From NCBI GenBank assembly GCA_965279515.1, contig CBDIID010000003.1:4032001-4096000 (forward strand): DNA of 64,000 nt, written 5' to 3'. The first letter of the stretch is position 1; the number at the start of each line of letters is the position of its first letter. Origin of the DNA: Turneriella sp. GTDB taxonomy: Bacteria > Spirochaetota > Leptospiria > Turneriellales > Turneriellaceae. A model generated the notes under the pieces. It was not told where the DNA came from. It ran no database searches and saw only the letters and a program-made list of their open reading frames with translations. Position numbers and translations under genes: made by a program. This document shows, one piece after another, positions 50,557 through 59,561 of this stretch.

Positions 50557-50871
50557 TTAAATACACCCTACAGGCTTGGGGACGCCGGCGATCTTCGCTG
50601 CCTTTTTTCCCGGGCCGCCGGGAAAAAGAGCATAGAGTTCCTTCGTATCCACACCGGAAAATTTTGTAATCCGCCTGATCGTCGGCGATTTGCCGGTTTC
50701 CTGAAAATCCTTGCGCATGAAGCGGATCACCTGCCAGTGCCGGTCACTGAGCGTGATACCCTCGTTCTTCGCAATCGTGCCGGCCAGATCTTCTGACCAG
50801 TCACCGGGATTCACGAGGAATCCCTCATCGTTCACCGGTGGTGATTGTATTGTTGTGGTTTCCGTTATCAT
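50557..50871 (-). CDS. TusE/DsrC family sulfur relay protein
   Basis: DEGFL, WSEDLA, HWQVIRFMR, LYALFPGGP, AGVPKPVGCI. Confidence 0.92.
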   Translation of the reverse strand: MITETTTIQSPPVNDEGFLVNPGDWSEDLAGTIAKNEGITLSDRHWQVIRFMRKDFQETGKSPTIRRITKFSGVDTKELYALFPGGPGKKAAKIAGVPKPVGCI

Positions 50872-52124
50872 CTGATCTCCTTATTTTTTCCGCGCATACT
50901 CATGCGGGCTTGGACAAAAGGAATTCCGCGTCCTTTGAGCAGCACATACCAATAGACAAAACGAAACAGCAGTTTTCCCAGGTGGTTAAGCCAGCTCTCT
51001 TTCAGAAGAGCAAACGGACCGATCACGGGGACAGGGAAGCGACCGGGCAGGGGTTCTTGCTCGTAGTTAAAATCGACCATAAACCCTTTGTGAAATCCCG
51101 ATTCGATAAAGCAGTTTGCATGCCCATCGAAGTTTTGGGGCCAAGGCCGATTCTCTATGTAGGCCACAAGGTTGGCTGTCAGCACTTCAGCCTGGAAGTG
51201 CGCGACAGAGCCCGCTTTCGAAGAGGGCAGGTCGGTGGCGTCGCCCAGTACAAAAATATTGGGTTTGATTTTGGATTGCAGTGTGCCGGGGTCGGTGGGA
51301 ATAAAATGCAGTTCGTCGCCGAAGCCTGATTTTTCGACGGCAGGCGAACCCATGTTGGTCGGCACTGTCACCAGCAGATCGTAAGGCACCTCGGTGCCGC
51401 CATACGAGATCATTTTTTTACCGGCAGGGTCGATTTGCTCGATATGAAATTCAGGTACAACGCTGATATTGCGGCGTTCGAGCAGATCCCCTAACACCTT
51501 TGCGGCGACAGGTTTTGTAAAAGCTCCGGAAAGCGGCGTTACGTAGCTCAGATGTGTTTTGCTGCGGATGCCTTTTTTTGTCAGAAACCAGTCGGCCAGC
51601 AGCGTGAACTCGAGCGGCGCCACGGGGCATTTGATCGGCATTTCTGTAATGTGTACAACGAGATCTCCCCCCGTGAAATTCTGTAATGCGGGAAAAAGCG
51701 CGGCTGCGCCCGCAGGGGAATAGAAATCAAAAACATTTTTTAACCAACCATCGCCTTCCAGCCCCGCAGTTTCGGAAGGCACCGTACGGCAACCCGTCGC
51801 AACAATGAGTATGTCATAAGCCAGCTGGATGCCACCCTGCAGGTGTACTGTATCTGTCTCCGGCGAAATGGCCTCGATCCCGGTGTTCATCCAGCTCACC
51901 CTCTTGGGCAAAAGATTTTGTTTTTTCCGGGTGATTTGCGGCAGGGTATATTTGCCGAACGGCACAAATAGCAGGCCGGGCTGGTAGATATGGTCGGGGC
52001 TTTCGTCCACCAGGGTGATATGCCAGTCGCGCAGGGATTTCTGCCTGCACAAATGATGCGCCATGATGGTGCCGGCAGTACCTCCGCCCAGAATCAGTAT
52101 TTTCTTACCCGCCATGTTTTTCAT
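50868..52124 (-). CDS. sqr: sulfide:quinone oxidoreductase (type III-like)
   Basis: GGGTAG, HIYQPGLLF, KCPVAPLE, GDAT, SKAGS, FDGHANCF. Confidence 0.85.
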   Translation of the reverse strand: MKNMAGKKILILGGGTAGTIMAHHLCRQKSLRDWHITLVDESPDHIYQPGLLFVPFGKYTLPQITRKKQNLLPKRVSWMNTGIEAISPETDTVHLQGGIQLAYDILIVATGCRTVPSETAGLEGDGWLKNVFDFYSPAGAAALFPALQNFTGGDLVVHITEMPIKCPVAPLEFTLLADWFLTKKGIRSKTHLSYVTPLSGAFTKPVAAKVLGDLLERRNISVVPEFHIEQIDPAGKKMISYGGTEVPYDLLVTVPTNMGSPAVEKSGFGDELHFIPTDPGTLQSKIKPNIFVLGDATDLPSSKAGSVAHFQAEVLTANLVAYIENRPWPQNFDGHANCFIESGFHKGFMVDFNYEQEPLPGRFPVPVIGPFALLKESWLNHLGKLLFRFVYWYVLLKGRGIPFVQARMSMRGKNKEIR

Positions 52125-54508
52125 GCGGGTTTCGGGCGGTGTTCAATTTCGGCAGCCTGTTTTTTGACCGCGATAAACCGCTCAGGGTCGACAGAGATGG
52201 AATCGATGCCTGTCTCAATCAAAAATTCACAAAACTCCGGATAGTCGCTCGGCGCCTGGCCGCAGATTCCCACGGTAATGCCGGCCTGATGCGCCTTAGT
52301 GATGGTTTGCCGGATCAGTTCTTTGACTGCCAGGTCACGCTCATCGAAAAGATAGGCGAGGCGATCTGAGTCACGGTCAATACCCAGCGTGAGTTGCGTG
52401 AGATCGTTACTGCCGATGGAAAAGCCATCAAACTTTTCCGCAAATTTATCCGCGAGGATTGCATTCGAGGGAATCTCGCACATCATATAAAATTTCAGCC
52501 CCTCATCGCCGCGGTGCAGGCCATGCCGGCCCACTTCGGCGAGTACCTGGTCTGCCTCGGCCAGCGTGCGCAGAAACGGTATCATGATGTGGATATTGGT
52601 AAATCCGCACTCGGCGCGGGCGCGTTTGACGGCCGCACATTCCAAGGCGAATCCCTCCCGGTATGCCTCGCTGTAATACCGCGAAGCGCCCCGGAAGCCG
52701 ATCATGGGATTTTCTTCGGCCGGTTCAAAATATTTTCCGCCGACGAGATTGGCATACTCGTTGGTCTTGAAGTCGCTCATCCGCAGAATAACCGGATTGG
52801 GAAACCGCGATGCGGCGATGCTGCAGATGCCCGAGCAGAGTTTTTCGACAAAATAATCTTTTTGATCGGCAAACCCCTGTGTGAGGCCGGCTATCTGTGC
52901 AACAACTTCCGCATCCGTAACAAGTTCCGGGTGGACCAAAGCCATCGGGTGAATCTTGATGCGGTCGCTGATGATAAATTCCATGCGCGCCAGGCCAATA
53001 CCGTCGGCAGGTAACTGCCACCAGTCGAGCGCCGTATCGGGGTTCGCCATGTTGATCATGATTTTCGTGCGGGTGTCGGCGAAATGGTCGATGCGCTCGC
53101 TCGCGATCGCGAAGTTAAGTTTTCCGGCAAAAATTTTACCGGTATTGCTTTCTGCGCAGGAAAGTGTAATCTCCTCGCCCTGCGCGATGCTGCTCGTGGC
53201 ATTTCCGCAGCCGATAATCGCGGGGATGCCCAGCTCGCGGCTGATAATCGCGGCATGCGACGTTCGGCCGCCGTGGTCTGTGACGATGCCCGCCGCCTTC
53301 TTCATGATCGGAACCCAGTCGGGGTCCGTCATCGTCGCAACGAGTATGGATCCTTCGCGGAAGTCGGCGAGATCTTTTACGTCGCGCACGACACACGCTT
53401 TGCCGGCGACGATCTTACTGCCGATAGCAAGGCCGCTTGCCAAAAGCCGACCTTTGTCGAGCATGCGGTATTTTTCAAAGATCCCGGTGTCGCGCCTGGA
53501 TTGTACGGTTTCAGGACGCGCCTGGACGATATAGAGTTTGCCCGTAAAGCCATCCTTCGCCCATTCGATATCCATCGCTTTGCCGTAATGCTGTTCAATG
53601 ACCATGGCCCAGCGGGAGAGATCGATGATTTCAGAATCCTTGAGCACAAACGCAGAACGTTCATAGATACTCGTCGGTTGTGTTTTGACAGAATGCGCCG
53701 AGTCGCGTGTATAGATAATCTTTGTTTCTTTTGATCCCGTAGTTTTTTGCAAAATGGGTCGGTCGGCTTTCCCGATCAGGGCTTTGAATACGCGGTATTC
53801 GTCGGGATCAACCAAACCCTGTACGACGCTTTCGCCCAAACCCCAGGCCGCATTGATGGTTACGTTGCCGGGAAAACCGTTCTCCGTATCGATCGTGAAC
53901 ATGACCCCAGCACCGGCAAGGTCGGAGCGGATCATTTTCTGGATACCGATGGAAAGATAGACCTTCATATGATCAAAACCCTTGCTTTCGCGGTACGAGA
54001 TCGCCCGATCGGTAAAAAGCGAGGCATAACACTGCAGGCAGGCTGTGAGCAGTTTTTTATCGCCGCGGATATTCAGGTATGTCTCCTGCTGGCCGGCGAA
54101 GGAGGCATCGGGCAGGTCTTCCGCGGTCGCGCTGCTGCGCACGGCGACGTCGGTTTCGGCTGCCTGGTACTCCGCCGAAAGTTTGGTATAACACTGAGAA
54201 ATCTCGCCGGCGATGTGCCCGGGAAAGCTGCCGCCCAGGATCAGGTCGCGAATGCTTTTTCCTGCCACTGACAGGGAAATTTTTCCGCTTTTCATTTGCT
54301 GCAGAAGGGCAGTAATGGGAGCGGAGAGATTATTCTTTTCCAGAAACTCGCGGTAAGCGAGGGAGGTCGTTGCGTAGCCGAAGGGAACCGGGATACCTTT
54401 GGTCTTCAGGTTACGCGTCATCTCGCCCAGAGAGGCGTTCTTGCCGCCGACGATGCCGACGTCCTCGATGCCGATCTCGTCGAACCAGCGTATGTAGTTG
54501 CCTTTCAT
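52121..54508 (-). CDS. ppsA: phosphoenolpyruvate synthase
   Basis: GGKNASLGEM, RSSATAEDLP, QARPET, GGRTSHAAI, DFKTNEY, SIGSNDLTQ. Confidence 0.97.
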   Translation of the reverse strand: MKGNYIRWFDEIGIEDVGIVGGKNASLGEMTRNLKTKGIPVPFGYATTSLAYREFLEKNNLSAPITALLQQMKSGKISLSVAGKSIRDLILGGSFPGHIAGEISQCYTKLSAEYQAAETDVAVRSSATAEDLPDASFAGQQETYLNIRGDKKLLTACLQCYASLFTDRAISYRESKGFDHMKVYLSIGIQKMIRSDLAGAGVMFTIDTENGFPGNVTINAAWGLGESVVQGLVDPDEYRVFKALIGKADRPILQKTTGSKETKIIYTRDSAHSVKTQPTSIYERSAFVLKDSEIIDLSRWAMVIEQHYGKAMDIEWAKDGFTGKLYIVQARPETVQSRRDTGIFEKYRMLDKGRLLASGLAIGSKIVAGKACVVRDVKDLADFREGSILVATMTDPDWVPIMKKAAGIVTDHGGRTSHAAIISRELGIPAIIGCGNATSSIAQGEEITLSCAESNTGKIFAGKLNFAIASERIDHFADTRTKIMINMANPDTALDWWQLPADGIGLARMEFIISDRIKIHPMALVHPELVTDAEVVAQIAGLTQGFADQKDYFVEKLCSGICSIAASRFPNPVILRMSDFKTNEYANLVGGKYFEPAEENPMIGFRGASRYYSEAYREGFALECAAVKRARAECGFTNIHIMIPFLRTLAEADQVLAEVGRHGLHRGDEGLKFYMMCEIPSNAILADKFAEKFDGFSIGSNDLTQLTLGIDRDSDRLAYLFDERDLAVKELIRQTITKAHQAGITVGICGQAPSDYPEFCEFLIETGIDSISVDPERFIAVKKQAAEIEHRPKPA

Positions 54509-54514
54509 AGGCTA

Positions 54515-54582
54515 TGCTTAGACTATTTTCCGGCCGACTGCAAGTCGGCAGGTTACTTTGAAAATCGGGTAGAAGTACGTGA
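54515..54582 (-). promoter_or_regulatory. island operator 6 + leaderless promoter of ppsA
   Basis: Minus strand: TCACGTA-cttc-TACCCGA, 21 bp, TTGCAG-17-TAAGCA, ATG at 54508. Confidence 0.72.
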
Positions 54583-54608
54583 ATATATCAGTCTATGCGA
54601 TGTGGCAG

Positions 54609-55211
54609 CTACGACGTAGCTCCAGGCTCTTTTCTATCATCCGGCCTGGGATATTGATTTTCCCAGGGCCACATTCTGGCCTCCGGGCTCTGCGGGTATT
54701 CCTCGGCAATTTCACTCATCGCGGCGTGAAAAACATCTTTATCCCGGTATCTAAGGTAATAGGCCATGCCTTTGAGCATAATCAAATGGGCAATGCGGGG
54801 ATTTGCCGGGTATTTTTTAATGAGGGCTTCGAGAATATCGGCGGCTTTGCCGTAGTCACCCCTGGGTAAAAGTAGCCTAACCTCGCCAATCCCCAGCGCT
54901 ACCAGGAAATCCTCAGAATTCAAAGCTCCTTCCATGAACCACACGGCCTCGCCGGAGCGATTGAGAAAATAAAAAGCAGGCGTCCAAACGGCGTTATAAC
55001 GCGCGCGGATATCAGGGTTTTTGAAAATATTCAACCGTACCGGAATAAATTTCCGGTTTACCTCATCGGCGACTGTTTCTGCGGAGAAGACCTCATGGTC
55101 CATTTTCAAACAGCCCGAACAATCCGGGCGAAAAAACTCAAGTAAAACCGGAAGCCGTGATTCCTTTGCTTTTTGCAGGCCAGCTTCGTAATTTTCAATC
55201 CAGTTGAGCAT
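54609..55211 (-). CDS. thioredoxin-fold (CSGC) + TPR-like protein
   Basis: FFRPDCSGCLKM, WTP cis-Pro, TPR-like helices (YP...YPQS). Confidence 0.82.
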   Translation of the reverse strand: MLNWIENYEAGLQKAKESRLPVLLEFFRPDCSGCLKMDHEVFSAETVADEVNRKFIPVRLNIFKNPDIRARYNAVWTPAFYFLNRSGEAVWFMEGALNSEDFLVALGIGEVRLLLPRGDYGKAADILEALIKKYPANPRIAHLIMLKGMAYYLRYRDKDVFHAAMSEIAEEYPQSPEARMWPWENQYPRPDDRKEPGATS

Positions 55212-55268
55212 CAGTATAATACGGTCACTGAGGGGAGCGATCCCAAAAAGTCCGCAACTATCCGGTTA

Positions 55269-55426
55269 TGTGCGCCTGAATGGAGTCGGTTCGCGCATGG
55301 CGAACCAAGCACACCTTCCGTGTGCGGTGCCCATTGGCCTGTCCATGGCGAAGGTCTAGCCAGCTGTGACCGTCTTCGGTCTCTGGAGCAAAATACACTG
55401 CATTTTGCGGAAGTGCTGCGGGCGCT
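55269..55426 (-). repeat. degenerate, hairpin-expanded copy of tRNA-Arg
   Basis: Colinear blocks matching the adjacent tRNA, separated by hairpins. Confidence 0.6.
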
Positions 55427-55447
55427 CGGAAAAAACAATCTAAATTG

Positions 55448-55521
55448 TGCGCCCGAATGGAGTCGAACCATTGACCTTCAGATTCGTAGTCTGACACTCT
55501 ATCCAGCTGAGCTACGGGCGC
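55448..55521 (-). tRNA. tRNA-Arg(ACG)
   Basis: GCGCCCG acceptor stem, TAGCTCAGCTGGATAGAG D-arm, anticodon loop CT-ACG-AA, GGTTCGACTCC; CCA not encoded. Confidence 0.97.
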
Positions 55522-55622
55522 TGTTTACGGCGACCGTGGCTCCGCTTTTACGGTGCTACGGGCGCTGTTAGGCTTTGTCTAAAAGGGTATTTTAGACACA
55601 CCGTCAATCGATTTAGGATTGA

Positions 55623-56600
55623 TCAGAGGGTCTTCAGCCACCCCAGTATCTCCGCCTTAATTTTGGCCTTATCGGTGCGCACATACTTGCTCATGAGAAT
55701 ATGGCTGCCATCGGCAATTTCAACCAGCTTGTTTTTAGTGTTTTTTAGCAGCGGAAAGTAGTTCCGGACCTTGCGGATGTCGATGGCGTCATCAGAGTGT
55801 TCGGCGTCCTGGTAATAAATCATGCCCAACGCGGGCGCCGTGACTTTTTCAAAGTTGTCTTTATTCACAACATAACGCCTGAGATTGTTCAGATTCACCA
55901 CCGCGGCGAATTTTTGCTTCGCCAGCCAGTATTTATAATAATCCGGGTGCTGGCGTTTTTCGGGGTCCTTTTTCCAGCGCGCGTCGCGGTCTTTGCCCAG
56001 CACCAGCTGGCCGAGTTCCAGACCGCCCGGGAAATTCAACAGGCGCGCACTCTTGTCGCCAAAATCCCAAAAGGGCGAGGCGAGAATCACAGCATGTAGT
56101 TTATCCGAATGCCGCGACGCGAGGTAGGTGGCCACAAGGGCGCCGGTCGAGGTGCCTATCAGGATTACCTTTTTGCCCAGCTTCGGCATCTGTAATAAGG
56201 CAGTTTCCATTTCCTGCAGATACTGGTCGAAGGTCGCCGCGGCATGCGCCTCGGCGGTCGAACCGTGGCCGGGCAGGCGGGCATAATAGATATTGGCATT
56301 CAGTTCAGAAGCGATGTCGTCGCCGGTTTCTTCGCCCTCGGCGCGCGTCGCGCCAAAGCCGTGGATATAGAGAATGGCATAACCGTCCTTTTCAGGGTTG
56401 TTGATTGTCAGTTTTTCCGTGAGACCTTCGGGAACACCGATGGCTTTGGAGAAGTTGATCCTGCGTTTGGCAAACTCCTCAAAGGTTTCGACAGGGGTTT
56501 CGGGCTGATAGACGTACTGTAGATTGCCATGCTTGCACCAGGCGCGGGTATAGAAAACTCCCCCCACCAAAAGTATAAACAGGAGTATTTTCTTCCGCAT
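55623..56600 (-). CDS. exported alpha/beta hydrolase (esterase)
   Basis: IHGF, RLPGHG, GTSTG, GSH; N-terminal anchor. Confidence 0.87.
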   Translation of the reverse strand: MRKKILLFILLVGGVFYTRAWCKHGNLQYVYQPETPVETFEEFAKRRINFSKAIGVPEGLTEKLTINNPEKDGYAILYIHGFGATRAEGEETGDDIASELNANIYYARLPGHGSTAEAHAAATFDQYLQEMETALLQMPKLGKKVILIGTSTGALVATYLASRHSDKLHAVILASPFWDFGDKSARLLNFPGGLELGQLVLGKDRDARWKKDPEKRQHPDYYKYWLAKQKFAAVVNLNNLRRYVVNKDNFEKVTAPALGMIYYQDAEHSDDAIDIRKVRNYFPLLKNTKNKLVEIADGSHILMSKYVRTDKAKIKAEILGWLKTL

Positions 56601-56642
56601 GGCCTATTTACACTTGCCGGGTGACATCGGCGAGCGGAATTT

Positions 56643-59561
56643 GTGCCGATGCCCCCCGCCAAGAAAACCAAAGCCAAACAAAAGAAGATTCTCGTCCTTG
56701 TCGACGGCCATGCCATGGCCTACCGTGCCCATTTCGCCTTCGCGGGCCAGAATCTGACCGACGATAAGGGCAATGCGACCGAAACCACGTTCGGTTTTTA
56801 CCGCATGCTCGCGAAACTCATCGCCGACAGAAAACCATCCCACATCGTGCTTTGTTTCGACCCAGGCCGTGACGCGAACCCGCGCTATGAAATGTTCAAG
56901 GAGTATAAGGGCAACCGACCGCCGATGCCCGACGAGCTGCGCCGCCAGATCGACGATATCCAGAAGATTGCTGTCGAGCTGAACCTGCCGCCGCTCATTG
57001 TCGAGGGCGCCGAGGCCGACGACACCATGGCGTCGATTGTCGAGCAGTACCGTGAAAATTTTGATAAAATCGAAATCGCCTCGGGAGATAAAGACCTCTA
57101 CAATATTCTCTACAAGAATGTAGTGATGCTGCGCTCGAAGATGGGCGTCTCTGACATGGAAGAGATCAACGAGGCATGGGTTAAAAATAAACTCGGCATC
57201 ACGCGCGAGCAGGTGCCCGATTATATGGCGCTGGTCGGCGATTCGGCGGATAACATTCCGGGGGTAAAGGGCGTCGGTGAGAAAACGGCCTCTAAACTCA
57301 TTCAGGATTTCAAAAGTCTCGAGAAAATCTACAAGAATATCGCGAAGATCAAGCCCGACGGCCTGAAGCTGAAACTCGAAACCAGCGAGAAGATGGCTTA
57401 TCTTTCGCAAAAACTTGTGACGCTCCGCAAAGATATCAAGCTCAAGGTAAAGCCTGACGCGATGGTGATGGAGCTCAGCCCTGAGAGCGCCAATATTTTC
57501 CGCCAGAGAAAACTGCCGGCCGTCGCCAACGAGTGGGAGAAACTTCTTAAATCGCAGGGTATCGCCGCCGCTGTGAATACAGCGGGAGCGCCTGCCGCCA
57601 AGGAAGGCAAGGCCGTAAAAAAAACCGCCACGAAGTTCTGCGCCGACATGACGACCGTGAAGACGGTAAGCGAACTGACGGCGCTGCTCAAGAAATTATC
57701 TTCACTCGCTGAAATCTGCGTCGACACCGAAACGACCGGGCTTTCGCCGCACGACGCACAGATCTTTGGTGTATCACTGGGCTGGCACGAGGGCAAGAAG
57801 CTGAAGAGCGCTTACATTCCCTTGCCGGGCAGCGACGGCGGCGCGGGGCTCAACCCCGATTATGCCGATGTCGACGCGCCGGAGAAAATGCTGCCGCACC
57901 TGAAAAGTTTTCTCGAAAACAAAAAAATTGCAAAGATCGGCCAAAACATCAAATTCGACCTGCAGGTATTCCGCACTGCCGGCATCGAGGTCGCTAACTA
58001 CGCCGACGATACCATGCTGATGTCGTACCTGCTGAACCCCAATGTCCGCAGGCATAATATGGACGACATGGCCGAAGACCATCTGCAATACAAAACCGTG
58101 ACATTCAGCGAACTCGTCGGCAAGGGCAAGGGGGCATTGCCCATCGGCGCGGTGCCGCTCGATAAGCTTAGCCACTATGCCTGCGAAGATGCCGAGGTGA
58201 CCCTCGCGCTGCGTGACGCAGTTTTCCCAAAAGTTAAAAAAGCGGAACTCGACAAGATCTACCACGACATCGACGTGCCGCTGGCCAAGGTGATCGCCGA
58301 GATGGAGTACGCAGGCGTCAGTATCGACCTGCCTTATCTCGCCGAGTTGTCGCGCGACTATAAAAAGAAGATTAGCACCGCGGAAAAACAGATCTATAAG
58401 CTCGCCGGCGAAGAATTCAATATCTCGTCGACGAAACAGTTGCAGACAATTCTTTTCGATAAGCTGAAGATTGAATCGCTGCGCAAGACCGAGAAGGGCG
58501 CGCAGTCGACCGACCAGAGCGTGCTTGAAGAGCTGAAAGACGCGCACCCGATCATGCATCCGATTCTCGACTACCGTATGTACACGAAACTTCTCAGCAC
58601 CTATGCGGAAGCTTTACCGCAGTATGTCGCCAAAGCCACCGGCCGGGTGCACACATCGCTTTCGCAGGTCACCGCGGCGACCGGCCGGCTCTCGAGTATT
58701 GATCCCAACCTGCAGAACATACCCATCAAGGGAGACGAAGGCTCGCACCTCAGGGCCGCGTTCATCGCGTCGAAGGGCAAAAAGCTTCTCAGTCTCGACT
58801 ACAGCCAGATCGAGCTGCGCATTCTCGCGCACTATTCAGGTGATAAGAATCTGATCGCGGCGTACCAGAACGACGAGGATATCCACGACCGCGCGGCCTT
58901 CATGTTGTTCCGTTCCCGTTTTGATGAAAAGAAGGGCACATTCGACGGACCGGGGCGCGACGTCGTCTTCGAGGTAAACACCGCGGAGCTCAAGAAGATG
59001 AAAGCGGCGCCGCATTTCTCAGACCTGCGTTCGCAGGCGAAGGTGTTGAACTTCTCGATCGTGTACGGTGTTACCGAGTTTGGTCTCAGCCGCAACCTAA
59101 CGATTTCGCGCAGCGACGCCAAAGAACTCATGGCGAACTACTTTGCGGCTTTTCCCGGCATCAAGAAGTACATGAACGAGGCGATTGAGTCGGCGCGTGA
59201 AAAGGGGTATGCCGAGAACCTCTTTGGCCGCCGCCGCACGATCGGTGATATGAACAATCCCAATCGTTTTGTGCGCGAGGGTGCCGAGCGCCTGGCCATC
59301 AACACTCCGGTGCAGGGTACAGCCGCCGATCTCATCAAAAAAGCCATGATTACAATTCAGGCGAAGATCAAGGCTGAAAAACTGAAATCCCGCATGGTCT
59401 TGCAGATCCACGACGAACTCTTGTTTGAGGTCGTGCCCGGCGAAGAGAAAGCGCTCGAGGCGCTGGCACGCAAGGAAATGGAAGGCATCGTTAAACTGAA
59501 GGTGCCGCTCAAGGCTTCAGGTGCTTTCGGGGCAAACTGGAACGAATGCAAGGGCGGCTAA
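56643..59561 (+). CDS. polA: DNA polymerase I
   Basis: 5'-nuclease (LVDG, EADD, GDSADNIPGV), 3'-5' exonuclease (DTETT, NIKFD, YACED), polymerase motifs DYSQIELR and QIHDEL. Confidence 0.98.
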   Translation: MPMPPAKKTKAKQKKILVLVDGHAMAYRAHFAFAGQNLTDDKGNATETTFGFYRMLAKLIADRKPSHIVLCFDPGRDANPRYEMFKEYKGNRPPMPDELRRQIDDIQKIAVELNLPPLIVEGAEADDTMASIVEQYRENFDKIEIASGDKDLYNILYKNVVMLRSKMGVSDMEEINEAWVKNKLGITREQVPDYMALVGDSADNIPGVKGVGEKTASKLIQDFKSLEKIYKNIAKIKPDGLKLKLETSEKMAYLSQKLVTLRKDIKLKVKPDAMVMELSPESANIFRQRKLPAVANEWEKLLKSQGIAAAVNTAGAPAAKEGKAVKKTATKFCADMTTVKTVSELTALLKKLSSLAEICVDTETTGLSPHDAQIFGVSLGWHEGKKLKSAYIPLPGSDGGAGLNPDYADVDAPEKMLPHLKSFLENKKIAKIGQNIKFDLQVFRTAGIEVANYADDTMLMSYLLNPNVRRHNMDDMAEDHLQYKTVTFSELVGKGKGALPIGAVPLDKLSHYACEDAEVTLALRDAVFPKVKKAELDKIYHDIDVPLAKVIAEMEYAGVSIDLPYLAELSRDYKKKISTAEKQIYKLAGEEFNISSTKQLQTILFDKLKIESLRKTEKGAQSTDQSVLEELKDAHPIMHPILDYRMYTKLLSTYAEALPQYVAKATGRVHTSLSQVTAATGRLSSIDPNLQNIPIKGDEGSHLRAAFIASKGKKLLSLDYSQIELRILAHYSGDKNLIAAYQNDEDIHDRAAFMLFRSRFDEKKGTFDGPGRDVVFEVNTAELKKMKAAPHFSDLRSQAKVLNFSIVYGVTEFGLSRNLTISRSDAKELMANYFAAFPGIKKYMNEAIESAREKGYAENLFGRRRTIGDMNNPNRFVREGAERLAINTPVQGTAADLIKKAMITIQAKIKAEKLKSRMVLQIHDELLFEVVPGEEKALEALARKEMEGIVKLKVPLKASGAFGANWNECKGG

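Noticed and set aside
50557..50871. Dissimilatory sulfite reduction (DsrC)
   Set aside because: The second conserved Cys is absent, and there is no dsrAB or dsrMK in the window.
34487..55211. FNR/FixK boxes (TTGAT-N4-ATCAA) in island promoters
   Set aside because: No convincing match in the intergenic regions read, and no CRP/FNR gene in the window.
34482..55270. Integrative element or prophage with attL/attR at tRNA-Arg
   Set aside because: No integrase, transposase or phage genes, and I saw no tRNA 3'-end repeat at the left edge near 34.5 kb. The only repeat is next to the tRNA.
55173..55571. ORFs spanning the tRNA region, with repeated CAPEWSR
   Set aside because: They are translations of the tRNA and its degenerate copy.
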